Below, in pieces: positions 13,201 through 30,300 of a stretch of DNA of 64,000 bases. The DNA comes from Trichoplax adhaerens. Taxonomy: Eukaryota; Animalia; Placozoa. Position numbers and translations under genes: made by a program. Below the pieces are notes generated by a model. That model searched no databases. It saw nothing but the letters and a program-made list of their open reading frames with translations, and was not told where the DNA came from. The stretch lies in the NCBI RefSeq assembly GCF_000150275.1, contig NW_002060946.1:4545454-4609453 (forward strand). The letters run 5' to 3'. Numbering within the stretch: position 1 is the stretch's first letter; each line of letters starts with the position of its first letter.

Positions 13201-16200
13201 TTGCCGGTGATTTTTCATTAATTTTTTGGTATGTTGATTAAAACACTGTAATAATCATTAAATCTTATCAGATCATATATACAATTCGCATTTTATCTAA
13301 CGTAACAGTATTGCCGAAATGTCTGATTAATTTGACTATTCGCAGCTTTAAGATTTTATGTAAAGTGTCACCTCACTCTTATTTAATTTCGCCATAACGG
13401 TTATTCTAGGAGACAAGGCAAATCTGAAAGATGTCATATCAAGTCTCGATTGGAAGGAGAATCAAGAAAATATTTCTTAACAGAAAAGACAGCGCCATTT
13501 GATAGCTTGTATACTTTGATACAGCATTATCGATCGCACAGTTTAAAGACAAAAAATTTTCAAATTAAATTGACCGAGGGTATTCCTAGACCTAATATGC
13601 ATGAAAATGAAGGGTTGGTATAGGAAATTTATTAATTTTAGTCATATACATTATTAAATCTGTCGTTTTAGAAGTAGCTGCGATTGTAATATCTGACAAT
13701 ACACATTGCATATACGTGTATAATATATATCTAACGCTTGCAAAGTATAAGATATAATTGCAGTTTTAGCCGATACGTTATCATGATACCTTTCTTATCC
13801 CTCTGACTTGTTTGATGCAGATGGTATCAGAAAAATATATCCCGGGAGGAAGCTGAAGTAATGTTACATAATGTTCCATTACATGGATCTTTCTTAATCC
13901 GTAAAAGAAATGAATATGGTCACGATGAAAGTGATGGTGACTCATACGCCATTTCTTTCAGGTTTGGTGTTACGAAATATTTGCATTCAGCAATAAATAA
14001 AATAGCATTAGGAAAGATCAAATCTAGACATATGTTTTTAAATTTTAAATTTAAAAATTCACTTGCAGTAAAATGCTAACTAATGTAAGAAAAACTTTCT
14101 AGTAGCCGATTTAACAAATACTATAACTACGGCATAGATCAAGTGTAATATCGACAAAATTGAAAGAACGCTAAAAAAATAAAACTTCAATACATCTGTC
14201 ATTCGCATAATTCATAAGAGTATTTTATTTTATAATTTATAACATTCTATAGCAAATTAATATGTGTGCGATTCTGTTTGGATTATCTAGACACCAAAAT
14301 AAGGTTAAGCATTGTAGGATAGCAATGGAAGGTAGGTTGTACTATCTCGGAAGTAACCAATTTGATAGCTTGAATGAGTTGGTGGACTATTACAAAAAGT
14401 TTCCGCTGTATAAAAAGATGAAGTTAAGATATCCAGTTAATCAGCAGGTATAAGGGTGAAAACTTCGGTGTTATCATGAACGTTTATCTTGTTTAACTTG
14501 TAATTTAGCATGCATTCGAAAGTATGTACTATCTCTAGCATTTAAAGTATTGTGGTTTCATCGTTTTGATGTCTCCTATTTGAAAATCAACCAGTGTTAC
14601 TGTTATATCTTAAATAATTGAAATAACATATGTATTTCTAAAATGTACTACAAATGTATTATTTATCTAACGATATTTTCTATCAATTTTTGACTTTTTA
14701 GTTAATTAATAAACTGAAATCTGTAAGTTTATTGAGGTTACATAGCTTTGAGTACTTTATTGAGATTTAATGTTATTATAGCTTCTAAACAGATATTTTT
14801 GCTATGATTTTAACCTGGCAGAAACAAGCTGTAACAACAAGTGATCCCATATATCAATCACAAGAATTATATTGCGAACCAACAAAGATAACGGTACAGC
14901 AATTAAGCTAAGTAATATTACTTTAGTTATTAATACATGTGTAAATTATCTGGTTATGATACAATAAAATGAGTGTATTTCTAACAGAACTCTTCTTTAC
15001 TGCTGAGTAAAATTAATATATTGTACGCAATAAATAATGAGTTAGTAGTGTTTACTTATTTTAGCGCTACGTAGCAACAAAATTTACGTTTGGAGTTATA
15101 CTAATTTTAAATATAGTTAACCGTTAAAGCCATTGATGGTTATAAAGCAAGACATTCAGATGAACTATCATTCCGGTGTAACGCTATCATTACGAATGTC
15201 AATAAAGTCGATGACGATTGGTATAATTTCCGTTTATGTGCTTAATATTCTTTTTGGTTTGTTATTCTTAATTATCCATTGAAATGATCTTAGGTGGCGT
15301 GGTGATTATGCTGATCAAATACAGGGCTGGTTCCCGTCTGGAATTGTCGAGGAGATTAGTGACATAGATGCTGTGACTGATGCTTCTGTGAGTAACCCTA
15401 CTTTCATTAAGTATTCCGTGACTGCGAAAATCCTTTTGAAATAGTATTCATAATAACATTACTCTTAGAGCGGTGTGTAAAATAACTAGTATCAAGTTTT
15501 ACATTGTATTGTATTAATGCAGAATTTATCCATTTAATGTTATTGTTATAGGGCGTAGAATCGCTACTAGGAGATGTTTTCGAGGGACAATATGATTTGC
15601 GTAATTCTAAAATCCGTAAGTATCTTGATGTTGAAGTTTCATTTTATCAGAATAAATAACTTAAGGCTTGTTAAGAATAGTATATACCTATAATGCTCGT
15701 TATATGGTTATAATGCTAGGGTCACATAATAGCCCTTTTGAGTAATGTTTGAATAATACAGTATATTAATCATTTGACTATCTACTTTGCATTGGAAAGA
15801 AATATCTTCTAGCAAGCCAGGGTTTTTCGCTTTTTGCATTAATTCATCTGCCAATGATGACAAGATTGTAGAATTAGCATCTGAAATTCAGGATGTAAGA
15901 CCCTATGAACGATCATTTTAGCCTTTACTTACCTAAGTGGATAATCTCTATTTCTACTTAGCAAGCTCTTATTATAAACGGTAATCAATTGTAGGAAATG
16001 CTGTTATGGGTAGACAATATTAAAAGTGCAATCGAAAGGCTTCGTCAATCGGTTCGTATATCTTTTTTTGTTTGCTGTTAATCCTTGATACGCCTGAATA
16101 TATCTTTTCCGGTAGCTTATAGTCAAATATCATTATCTATTCTATAATATCTAATATCCTGTATTTTGATATACGTAGAGGTATTGAGTACATTTGTCCA

Positions 16201-19026
16201 GTAAATAATTTACAATCATGATTGGTTACTCGCGCTATTCATTATAAAAACAATTATTTTTACGTCATGAAAGTAGCTGACTGTTCTCATATCAAATAGA
16301 CTGAAATTCATACTAGAAATAAATTCTGAATTAAGATACTAGCTAGGATGGAATGTTAGAGCTATAAGTACTATTACTAAAGCGATACTAAAAGCTCCCT
16401 TCATACCGTATTTACATACACAGCAAAGAGGATTGCATTCAGGTTCCAAAATAGAGAAGAAAATGCGGATATCGCAACATTTATCTGATTTAGTAGTTTA
16501 TTGTCGTCCGGCTAGATTCACTTTAGAATGTAAGTATCAGCACTCGTTTATTATGAATAATCTTAGCTTAAGATTGCAAAGAATCTGGTAGTTGATTGGT
16601 TGCAATGTATTAGTCTTCATTTGATTTTTTGTGACTATGCATTTCCTTTTAGATGGTGGTCCTTCAAATTACTATGAAATGGCTTCGTTATCGGAAACCA
16701 AGGCTGATCGATGGTGTAGCAATAAATTATCTAATCAATTCAATAAATATCCTTAATTTAAATTCTTTACAACAAGAATCTGATGAACTTTTAGAATAGT
16801 AACTAATTTAATGTGACTCTATAATATTATGTTATCGCATTAGTGGTATTTCTCCTTAATTTTTTCCTAGATATCACTTTAAACAGCTTAGCCGAATATA
16901 TCCTAAAGGACAGCGAATTGATTCTTCTAATTATGACCCCCAGCCATTCTGGTGTTGTGGGTCTCAAATTGTTGCCTTGAATATACAAACACCAGGTTGA
17001 TTTAGTTTAGACAAATCCATACCATTCAATTTTCGTATCTAATATTGTAATATTTTACATCTACATTATAATTTCATCTTCATAAGTTATAGCTTGGACG
17101 TATGATGTGTAAATATATTTTGTTGTAATGTTAGATCGAACCATGCAGATAAGCTATGGAAAATTCACACAAAATGGAAGGTAAAGCATACAAATTTTTG
17201 ATAAAAGTTAGGACTCGAAAAGCATTTGGTTAATTACAATTATTTATATATTCATATGAACGAAATTATTTCTAGTTGTGGTTACATACTGAAGCCCTCC
17301 ACTATGCTTAAAGAAAATTACGACCCATACGCGAGCCAGTTTACGGATGTGGAACCCTTAACTATTCGCATGACTATTTTAGGAGCTAGGCATTTGCCTA
17401 AAACGGGTCGAGGATACCCTTCACCGTTTGTTGAAGTAGAATGTATAGGAGTTTTCAAAGATACAAAAGAAACTACGAATAAGTTTAGGACAAAGAGGGG
17501 TAAGTTTATGTAAAGAATTTTTGTAACTCGTGATACTGCTTTATTATTCTGCTTTAAATTTAACGTATCAACTCATTTTAATATTATAAGATTATATTTA
17601 GTGTTAATAGATATCTTAGAAAGTTCTGATTATAGATTTTAATCTAAATCCTTTCAGTATGGTACGAATATAATATATTTTAACTAGAATTATGCACTTG
17701 CAATTACAATTGTTGATTGATTTTAGTGGATGAAAATGGCCTTAATCCGAGATGGAATGAAAAATTTGAATGGGATATTGCATTTCCTGAAATGGCTATG
17801 CTACGCTTTAATATTGGTGAAGATGACATGTTTGGCGATTCTAATTGCATATGCACTGCCACCATTCCTATGATGAGTATGAAAACAGGTATTTCGCATT
17901 TTCTGTTAAATCTATATGTTACTTTCTATAATTGATTAATTTTTTAAATTATCATTTCATCCAGGCTTCCGATCAATTACTTTAAGAAATGGGTATAATC
18001 ATGAAATCGAGAATGCTACTTTGTTGGTCTATGTCAGTATCTTTGAATCAAAGGTATTAATGAGTATTATATAGCTTTATCTCGCGCATTAAACATATCG
18101 TACTAGCAGGTAAACTAAGAACAATCAATATACTAAATAGAGTGACGTTATTGGTTATATTGGTTATTAGGAATTAATATTGTAATTTTACTATATGAAT
18201 ATTTAATATGGTAGTAGTACTAAGTTAATGCAAATTGTGAAATTAATAAAGTTACTTCCATCTTGATATTGTTGAGACCTGTAAAATCTTTCGTAGTATC
18301 CATTAAAAATTACACATTTAAATTTTCCTACAGTTAGCTAAATAAGGCGATTTTAATCAATTTGAGCTATCATGCCTTGTATGGGTATCTTTTAAGTTTG
18401 TAGTTTCTTCTGTAACTTTAAGAGATGCATGACATGATACTTCCATTCAGATAGATGTCTACAGTAATACTAGTAATAGTAAATTCGCACACTACACCAT
18501 ACCTATAAGTGTAGATATATAATGATTTAAAATTAGAGGACTGAATAATTAAGCATTGTCTTTTAATCGTTTTAAAGGTATTCTAAATAATTATCTTTCT
18601 AATTTTGGGAAAATACTTATTTTAGAGTGCTAATACAAAGGATGAAGATCTTTATTCCGATATCTTAGACCTTAAGACTAAATCAAGAAATTTATCTGCC
18701 ATAATTGCAAGAGGTTCTTCATCGTCGCTTGATACTAGAAGTCTATCCGTTTATCGTGAAGAATTAAAGACGACCGAAGAAAAGCTATCAAGCTTATGTG
18801 ATAAAAGGGTGCAAAAAGTCAGGTATTTTGTCTTTAACTGTACTTACAGTTTATAGCATATTGGCTAGCTACGTTGTAATTAATGTTGGGCCTCATAATT
18901 CATGCTAATTTATTTAGGTTAAGAAGTGATCCGGTTCCAATAAAACCAGGAATTTTAAGTTCTAGATCATCGTCAGCATCGAAAGTCAAAACAGCCAAAT
19001 TACAACGTTTTAATAGTGATAAATAA
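7220..19026 (+). CDS. PLCG: Phosphoinositide phospholipase C-gamma (PH-EF-X-splitPH-SH2-SH2-SH3-Y-C2), ~38 exons
   Basis: Exons splice in frame from ATG 7220 (exon 1 ends 7421, exon 2 9433-9582) to TAA 19024-19026. X box: [62 protein letters not shown] (both catalytic His present). nSH2 WFHG...FFVRES; cSH2 WYQ...FLIRK; SH3 WWRGDY...WFPS; Y box [18 protein letters not shown]; C2 ILGARHLPK...NGLNPRWNE. Confidence 0.96.
7580..7860. repeat. ~100-bp direct duplication (~180-bp spacing) in PLCG intron 1
   Basis: GAGAATGTGTTAAGTTTCTT...GTTAGATCGTATTACTTTTGGCC...AGAATAGGG (7582-7680) vs GAGTATATGTTTTAAGTTCCTT...GTTAGATCTTTTACTTTTAGCC...GGAATAGGA (7761-7860). Confidence 0.75.
16747..16870 (+). other. 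U12-type (minor spliceosome) intron with AT-AG termini in the PLCG Y domain
   Basis: 5' site ATATCCTT at 16747; branch-point-like TTCTCCTTAAT at ~16850-16860; 3' CTAG ending 16870. Removal restores the frame [18 protein letters not shown]. Confidence 0.88.
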
Positions 19027-20909
19027 GGCAGTTAGTTAGCCTTTGATCCAAGTATTTCTTAAATGAAATATTCTATTCTTAAGTTGACCTTTCTGAATTA
19101 AAAAAGTAATTGGCGTCTACCTATACACTGATTCTCATCTTTAGCAAACTTTTGAATTTTTGTAAAATTTACCTTCTATAATAAATTATTGCGTTGTAAG
19201 GATCTCATTTAAGTCACGGTTAGTACTAAAATTAAATAAGTGCAGATTATAGCTTAATCCTATCGTTGTTGTATTTCAAACTTTTCTCAGATCTAAATTA
19301 TATTAAGTTGGACAATTTGAATTTTATTAATCTCATTAACATTTAATGTCTTACACGTAATTCGCTAAGATACTCTTCATCAAGTATTGGATCTTATTTT
19401 TTTCCTTTGCTAATATTACGGATTACAATATTCACATTGAAGTGCACACAGCACTAATGACATCCATGTACAATATATCATTGTAACAATTGGTTATTAG
19501 GTTTTAATTTGAGATTAACAGACAACTATAACCGACTATGGTGATTACAGTGTTGTTAATTGATGCTAAGATATTCATTGCAAATCAGCGTTATGATTTA
19601 TTACCCAAATTTAGGATTATAATAATGTAGATTAATGTTATGCTGCTATAAATTTATTTTATCTTCATTTTAGCAACTTGATTTTACATCTTTAGAAATC
19701 ATTACAGAAAAGAATCACTCTTGAGCTTGCTTCATTACTTTAATATCAGAACTAATCAAATGATCTTGAAAGCAATGTATGAAATTTTGTCACGTTTTTT
19801 GATAGTTCAAACTTTGAAAGGAAGTTCAGAATAATAATATAGGTGTAGATATTTAATAAAGCTAGGAATTTTTTATGGTATCCGTCAAGCAGTCAATCAT
19901 TCTTGTTACTGTCGCCTATATTCATTCAGACGACAGTGTTATTAGTATCAAAAAATTTTAGCATTTTAATAGTTAGAATATTAAAACAATTGTATAATCA
20001 TTCTCGATTAAGAGGCGTTTAGCTTCAAAAACAGAATGACTTAATCTCCCATCATATAATTATTTAGTTACAGATTCTTTAGGAAAGAAAGCATGATATT
20101 TACGTTGATATTTAAATACCAATCTATTGCTCATAGATTAACTATAGTAACGTAAATTAGGCTTGAACATGGTTTACTAAAGATGCAATCTAACAATATG
20201 CTAAAATGTATTGCATTATTAGCTATATTAGTATGATCATGGCCTATTTGTATATATTACTTATGCCACCATTTTCAATACTCATTCTATTTTATGCATA
20301 TAGATGTAATGGAACAAGTAATAAAATCAACATCAGTTTATGTATAAAAGCCACGAATATCAAGATAGCTTATCCTAGGAACCTCTCTAGGGTTTCTAGC
20401 TTATCCTAGGCTGGACTGTCATCAAAATACCTTTGCTTGCCTTATACACAAACAGAATACGCATATCAATCTAGGCTTTGCAAAAGCAAAAATCTTAAAG
20501 TCTATCTTGTCAAGTGCCATATAGTCGTGACTTAATAGCTTCATCTTTTTGAATATTATACATCATAAAATCTATTAGAATTTATCATATATGTAGAATA
20601 ATCAACATCATGGAAGTCAATATCAGACTCTTTTTTGACGCGCTCGCTAGCAGAAAATAAAATGATTAGCTAGTATACAGCATGGAAAATATTACGAAGA
20701 TGAGTAAGCAATGCAATCAATAAAAACCTTATACATGTAGATAAACAAAATCCATACATTGCATCATAATCATAATTTGGCATAGGAGAATATCGCTAGC
20801 AAGAATCCCTGTAGAAACATGTTTAATTCCTTAAGCGATGACGATTATTATTAGCTAGCAAGTGGCTTGCTTGCAAGTACCACACCGTTATCGATTTAAG
20901 ATTTAGCTA

Positions 20910-21515
20910 CTATGGCTTAGCATTTTTCTGATTGCTGAATTCCTGCTCTAATTCAGAGAAATTATAACCGGTAATTAACATTAATAAATCTTTATGCTGA
21001 ATAACTTCAGGGTGGAATAAGTACGGCTTATTGAAAATGATGACATTGGAAAACATGCGATCGGCAGTGGGTAATTTGACATCGTTAGGTGTAAATTCGA
21101 TCTTCTTTCTTCTTGCCAATAAAGTGTAGGTCTCCATCATGTACTTGGTTCCAGTAGGATTAGAATAAGCTTGCAATACATAGCGTTTGCTAAACCAGTG
21201 CAACAATACCGTAGTTGCTACGCTAACGGATATCAATGCACTAGAAATCATAATTTTAGCTGTGATCGAGATCGATTTCTTACCATTATAGGCTAGAATT
21301 GGAGTTCCAACGATGGTCGCTGCACAGGTGCTCAATGAGAATATCTTGAGTAATCGGACTGAAGCTGCAAGAGGACCTCGATAGACAAGCTCTGATTTAT
21401 TCCATTGATTGCTAGCATACCTTTTACTGACAGCTCTATAGGTTTGTGGAAATGGAAGAGTCATCGATACACGAATATGTTGAACAGCTCGATTATAAAA
21501 GTATCTTGCAGCCAT
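20910..21515 (-). CDS. TMEM70: TMEM70-family mitochondrial ATP synthase assembly factor, single exon, 201 aa
   Basis: Arg-rich, acid-free N-terminus (targeting-like); LVYRGPLAASVRLLKIFSLSTC motif; two TM segments; TTVLLHWFSKRYV; C-terminal ETYTLL...F.P.DV..P pattern. Confidence 0.85.
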   Translation of the reverse strand: MAARYFYNRAVQHIRVSMTLPFPQTYRAVSKRYASNQWNKSELVYRGPLAASVRLLKIFSLSTCAATIVGTPILAYNGKKSISITAKIMISSALISVSVATTVLLHWFSKRYVLQAYSNPTGTKYMMETYTLLARRKKIEFTPNDVKLPTADRMFSNVIIFNKPYLFHPEVIQHKDLLMLITGYNFSELEQEFSNQKNAKP

Positions 21516-21924
21516 TTTGGATGGGCTTGTTGCGTGGCTGAGGTTACCAATGCCAACCTGTACAGCAACAGGATACTACACAATCCATGCCAGTTTTTTA
21601 GTTGTACAGTATAGAGAGGAAAACCTATTTCTTGTCTCTCTATCATATAACTCTACTTGGACCTAGAAATCTGACAGACAGACAGAAACCCTCGTACACC
21701 GTACAGTGTACAGTGTACAATACATTGCACTTACAGTACAGACACAATACTATGTACTGTAAACCTTTCTGCACTCGAGGATCACTCCAATCGACTGCTG
21801 CAGTGAATAGAGAAATTGCTATATAGTGTACCATACAGGGGGTTAATTTAAGTCAATATACTGTATGAAAGTTATAAAGTAACACCGTAGCCACAATTTA
21901 CTGCATTGTCATCCTCTTTTCAAC
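21516..21924. promoter_or_regulatory. Divergent (head-to-head) promoter region for TMEM70/PSMB5, rich in TACAGT/ACTGTA motifs
   Basis: Start codons are ~410 bp apart on opposite strands. GTACAGTGTACAGTGTAC at 21701-21718, plus TACAGTA/TACTGTA copies at ~21604, 21732, 21756 and 21859. Confidence 0.75.
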
Positions 21925-23636
21925 ATGGCGGCGTCGTCGTTAGCAAAGTCCTACCGAAATCGCTCTGCGATTGATTTTATTAAAACTACTTCCAAACGAA
22001 AGGAAGATGAAATGATAGAGGATGAACTTAGGACACATTTGTCGAAAGAATTATCCTTTCAAGTTCCTCCTATGGATGTAAGTTAGCATTTATTGACCGA
22101 TTACCTTAGCCGATTGGTGTATGGTTAACCGGTTATCATTTACTTTTTCCAATTTCGCTTTCTAATATAGAGAAGAATCATCTAATTTATCCTTACCCTG
22201 ACTTGATAGATGCATATACTTGTGTAGAGCTTACATTTTATACGTAGTTATGACACTAATAAGGATTCATGCTAAAAATTTCAAGTGATGCCAGTTAGTT
22301 AAAATAAGTGAAGAATACTATTTCATCAGCATGACGTTTTGTTTTTTATATTCCTCTAGCCTCAAGTTTTTCTAAAATCGATCAATGAAAGGGAAAATGG
22401 TGTTAAAATACAATTTCTACATGGTACAACAACCTTAGCTTTTAAATTTAAAAATGGTGTCATTGTTGCTGCAGATTCTCGTGCATCAATGGGCTCTTAT
22501 ATCGGTAAATGGCAATCAATTTTACTTGCAAGTTTGATCATTTCGAAATTGATTGTGGAAATGATGGAATAAACATCTAGAAGCTAATGAATCGAATGAT
22601 GTGATAACACTTCTTCTTCTCCTTCTTCTTCTTAGGCTCGCAAACTGTCAAGAAAGTTATCGAAATTAACCCCTATTTATTAGGTACGATGGCTGGAGGT
22701 GCAGCTGATTGTTCATTCTGGGAACGTGTTCTTGCTGAGCGATGCAGAGTTTATGAATTACGCAATAAAGAGAGGATATCTGTTGCTGCTGCATCGAAAC
22801 TCCTTGCTAACATGGTCTATTATTATAAAGGAATGGGTCTCTCAATGGTTAGTAAAATACTATCATCCATAGTTTCGCTCTTTATAGGAAGTGATCATTT
22901 CTTGCACTCTTTTCCAATGTTATTCATGTAGGGTACCATGATTTGTGGTTGGGACAAAAGGGTAAGCAAGCTTTTCTACAACGTAGAATAAAATGATATT
23001 TGTACCTAGAGAGTATTCCTGAATCATGGAATGGTAGAGCAGCTCCTAACTCTTAAAACTAGTTTAAAATTGTTTCATTTTCATTCAATTTATAGGGACC
23101 AGGACTGTATTATGTCGATAGTGATGGTACAAGAATGACTAATTACATGTTTTCAGTTGGCTCTGGATCTACTTATGCTTATGGTATCTTAGATAGTGGA
23201 TTTAAACATGATCTAGAAGATGAAGAAGCATATGATCTGGCTAGAAGAGCAATCTTTCACGCTACTCATCGTGATGCTTATAGTGGAGGCTCCGTAAATT
23301 GTAAGTAATCATTTCCTTTAAATTTTGAATTATGTATCCCAATTTTGCCCATATCGGAATGTACGTATAGTGCGTTATATTACCGTTAACGCTAGCAATA
23401 GCATTAACGTTGTTGCGTTATATCAATTTTTATCATTAAAAGATGAAGTTCTCTATGCATAGTATATACTGCTACTTACGTAGTTGTTACTGAACGATTT
23501 AATGCAGCAATTCTAATATTCTATACGCGGTTGGTCTTTCCTTTTAATAGTATATCATGTCAAAGAAACCGGTTGGGTAAAAATTTCCCGGGATGACGTT
23601 GGCCCATTATATTATCAGTATAAAGACGCTCAGTAA
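21925..23636 (+). CDS. PSMB5: 20S proteasome subunit beta type-5 (chymotrypsin-like), 6 exons
   Basis: Propeptide followed by [77 protein letters not shown] and [10 protein letters not shown]. All introns GT-AG; stop TAA 23634-23636. Confidence 0.97.
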
Positions 23637-24341
23637 TCGATTACGTTTAATCACAAGTAATATGATGTTTCATAAACTCTATTCTATTTCTTTATTAATG
23701 TTTTTACTGTATACCAGGTAAATTACGATTTAGCTAATGTTGTAGATATCTTCATTCATGATGATACATTCACAAGTTATTCGTATCTACCTGATGATTA
23801 TTATAAATAAGTTTTCATTGTTGTGACATAACTACTTCGGACGTGTTCTATGTGTCGTGATGGAACATGTAATTGCTAAAACCACCCAGTATAGTAGTAA
23901 TTAAATTGAATAAAGACTCTGGTTTGTTTATTGCTTAATCAAATATAAAAATTGTACAATTTGTCGAGTTAACGACTACAGCAATACGTAACGTTTTCGA
24001 AGCATCATCTATCTGTACATGTTAACAGTCTGTAAGATTAGAAAGGATAACGTGTGTACATGGATTCAGGAAAAGGTGCAATGTCGCAACATCACTGATC
24101 AAGTCCTGCGATTACGTCTTTCTAATGATCTTAACGCATGCGATTGCCACATACAGAATAATTTAGCAGTTTCCTATTTATACATAAAATGTCACTATAT
24201 ACAGTACGAACATTTCTATAGATAATACAGATTAGACTAATTCTACACCGTATAACAAACACCAAATGGTCTCATTACATCATATAAAAATGGATTAAAG
24301 AAAAGAAATATAATTTTCTAGAGGGAAGAATATACGTATTA

Positions 24342-29786
<5,445 letters not shown>

Positions 29787-30300
29787 TTTGGACAAGACGG
29801 TTGGCAGTTGCTTAGTGGCGCAGCGTCGACTTCCTTTCTTATAGTGTAGCTCACAGTACAGTACAGTACAGTACTGTACTGTATTACCATGACAGTACAG
29901 TGTACAGTACAAGGCAGTGTCCGTACTGTGCACTGTACACTGTACTGTACTGTACCCTTCGCTACAGTTCCCACTAGCTGTACAGTACAGTACTAGTCAG
30001 TACTGTAAGACCGGCTGGTGACATTACTTTTGCTAGCGATTGTTTTCTACACTCAGTCATCACTCACAGGCTTCAGATTATGGCAAGGGTAACGTACAAT
30101 ATAGCGTTGACAGCGATAGTGTACCATATAGTACTGCACCGAATCCAGAACAATCTTCAATGCTCCATCACTTGCAATACGATTCTCTTGCAAAAATAAT
30201 GTCGCTAGAGTCAGAAGCTACTCGGTGAAAGAAAATACTGTACTGTACACTGTACAGTACTGTACTGTACACTGTACAGTACTGTACTGTACTTTAGCCG
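29787..30300. promoter_or_regulatory. DHX16 upstream promoter (probably divergent) with dense palindromic TACAG/CTGTA repeats
   Basis: (CAGTA)4-(CTGTA)2 at ~29854-29883; perfect 17-bp inverted repeat 29892-29908/29932-29948; 22-mer TACTGTACTGTACACTGTACAG x2.6 at 30236-30292; CTACAGTTCCCA (Staf/ZNF143-like) at ~29962. Confidence 0.65.

Noticed and set aside
16747-16877. Reading the PLCG minor intron as canonical AT-AC using the AC at 16876-16877
   Set aside because: It removes 7 more nt and shifts the frame, destroying LSRIYPKG; only the AG at 16869-16870 keeps the protein.
29787-29974. Cys/Tyr-rich N-terminal extension of ORF 29271-29933 and ORF 29687-29974 (likewise ORFs 21405-21834)
   Set aside because: These are translations of TACAG/CTGTA promoter repeats; DHX16 homology starts at the ATG at 29786.
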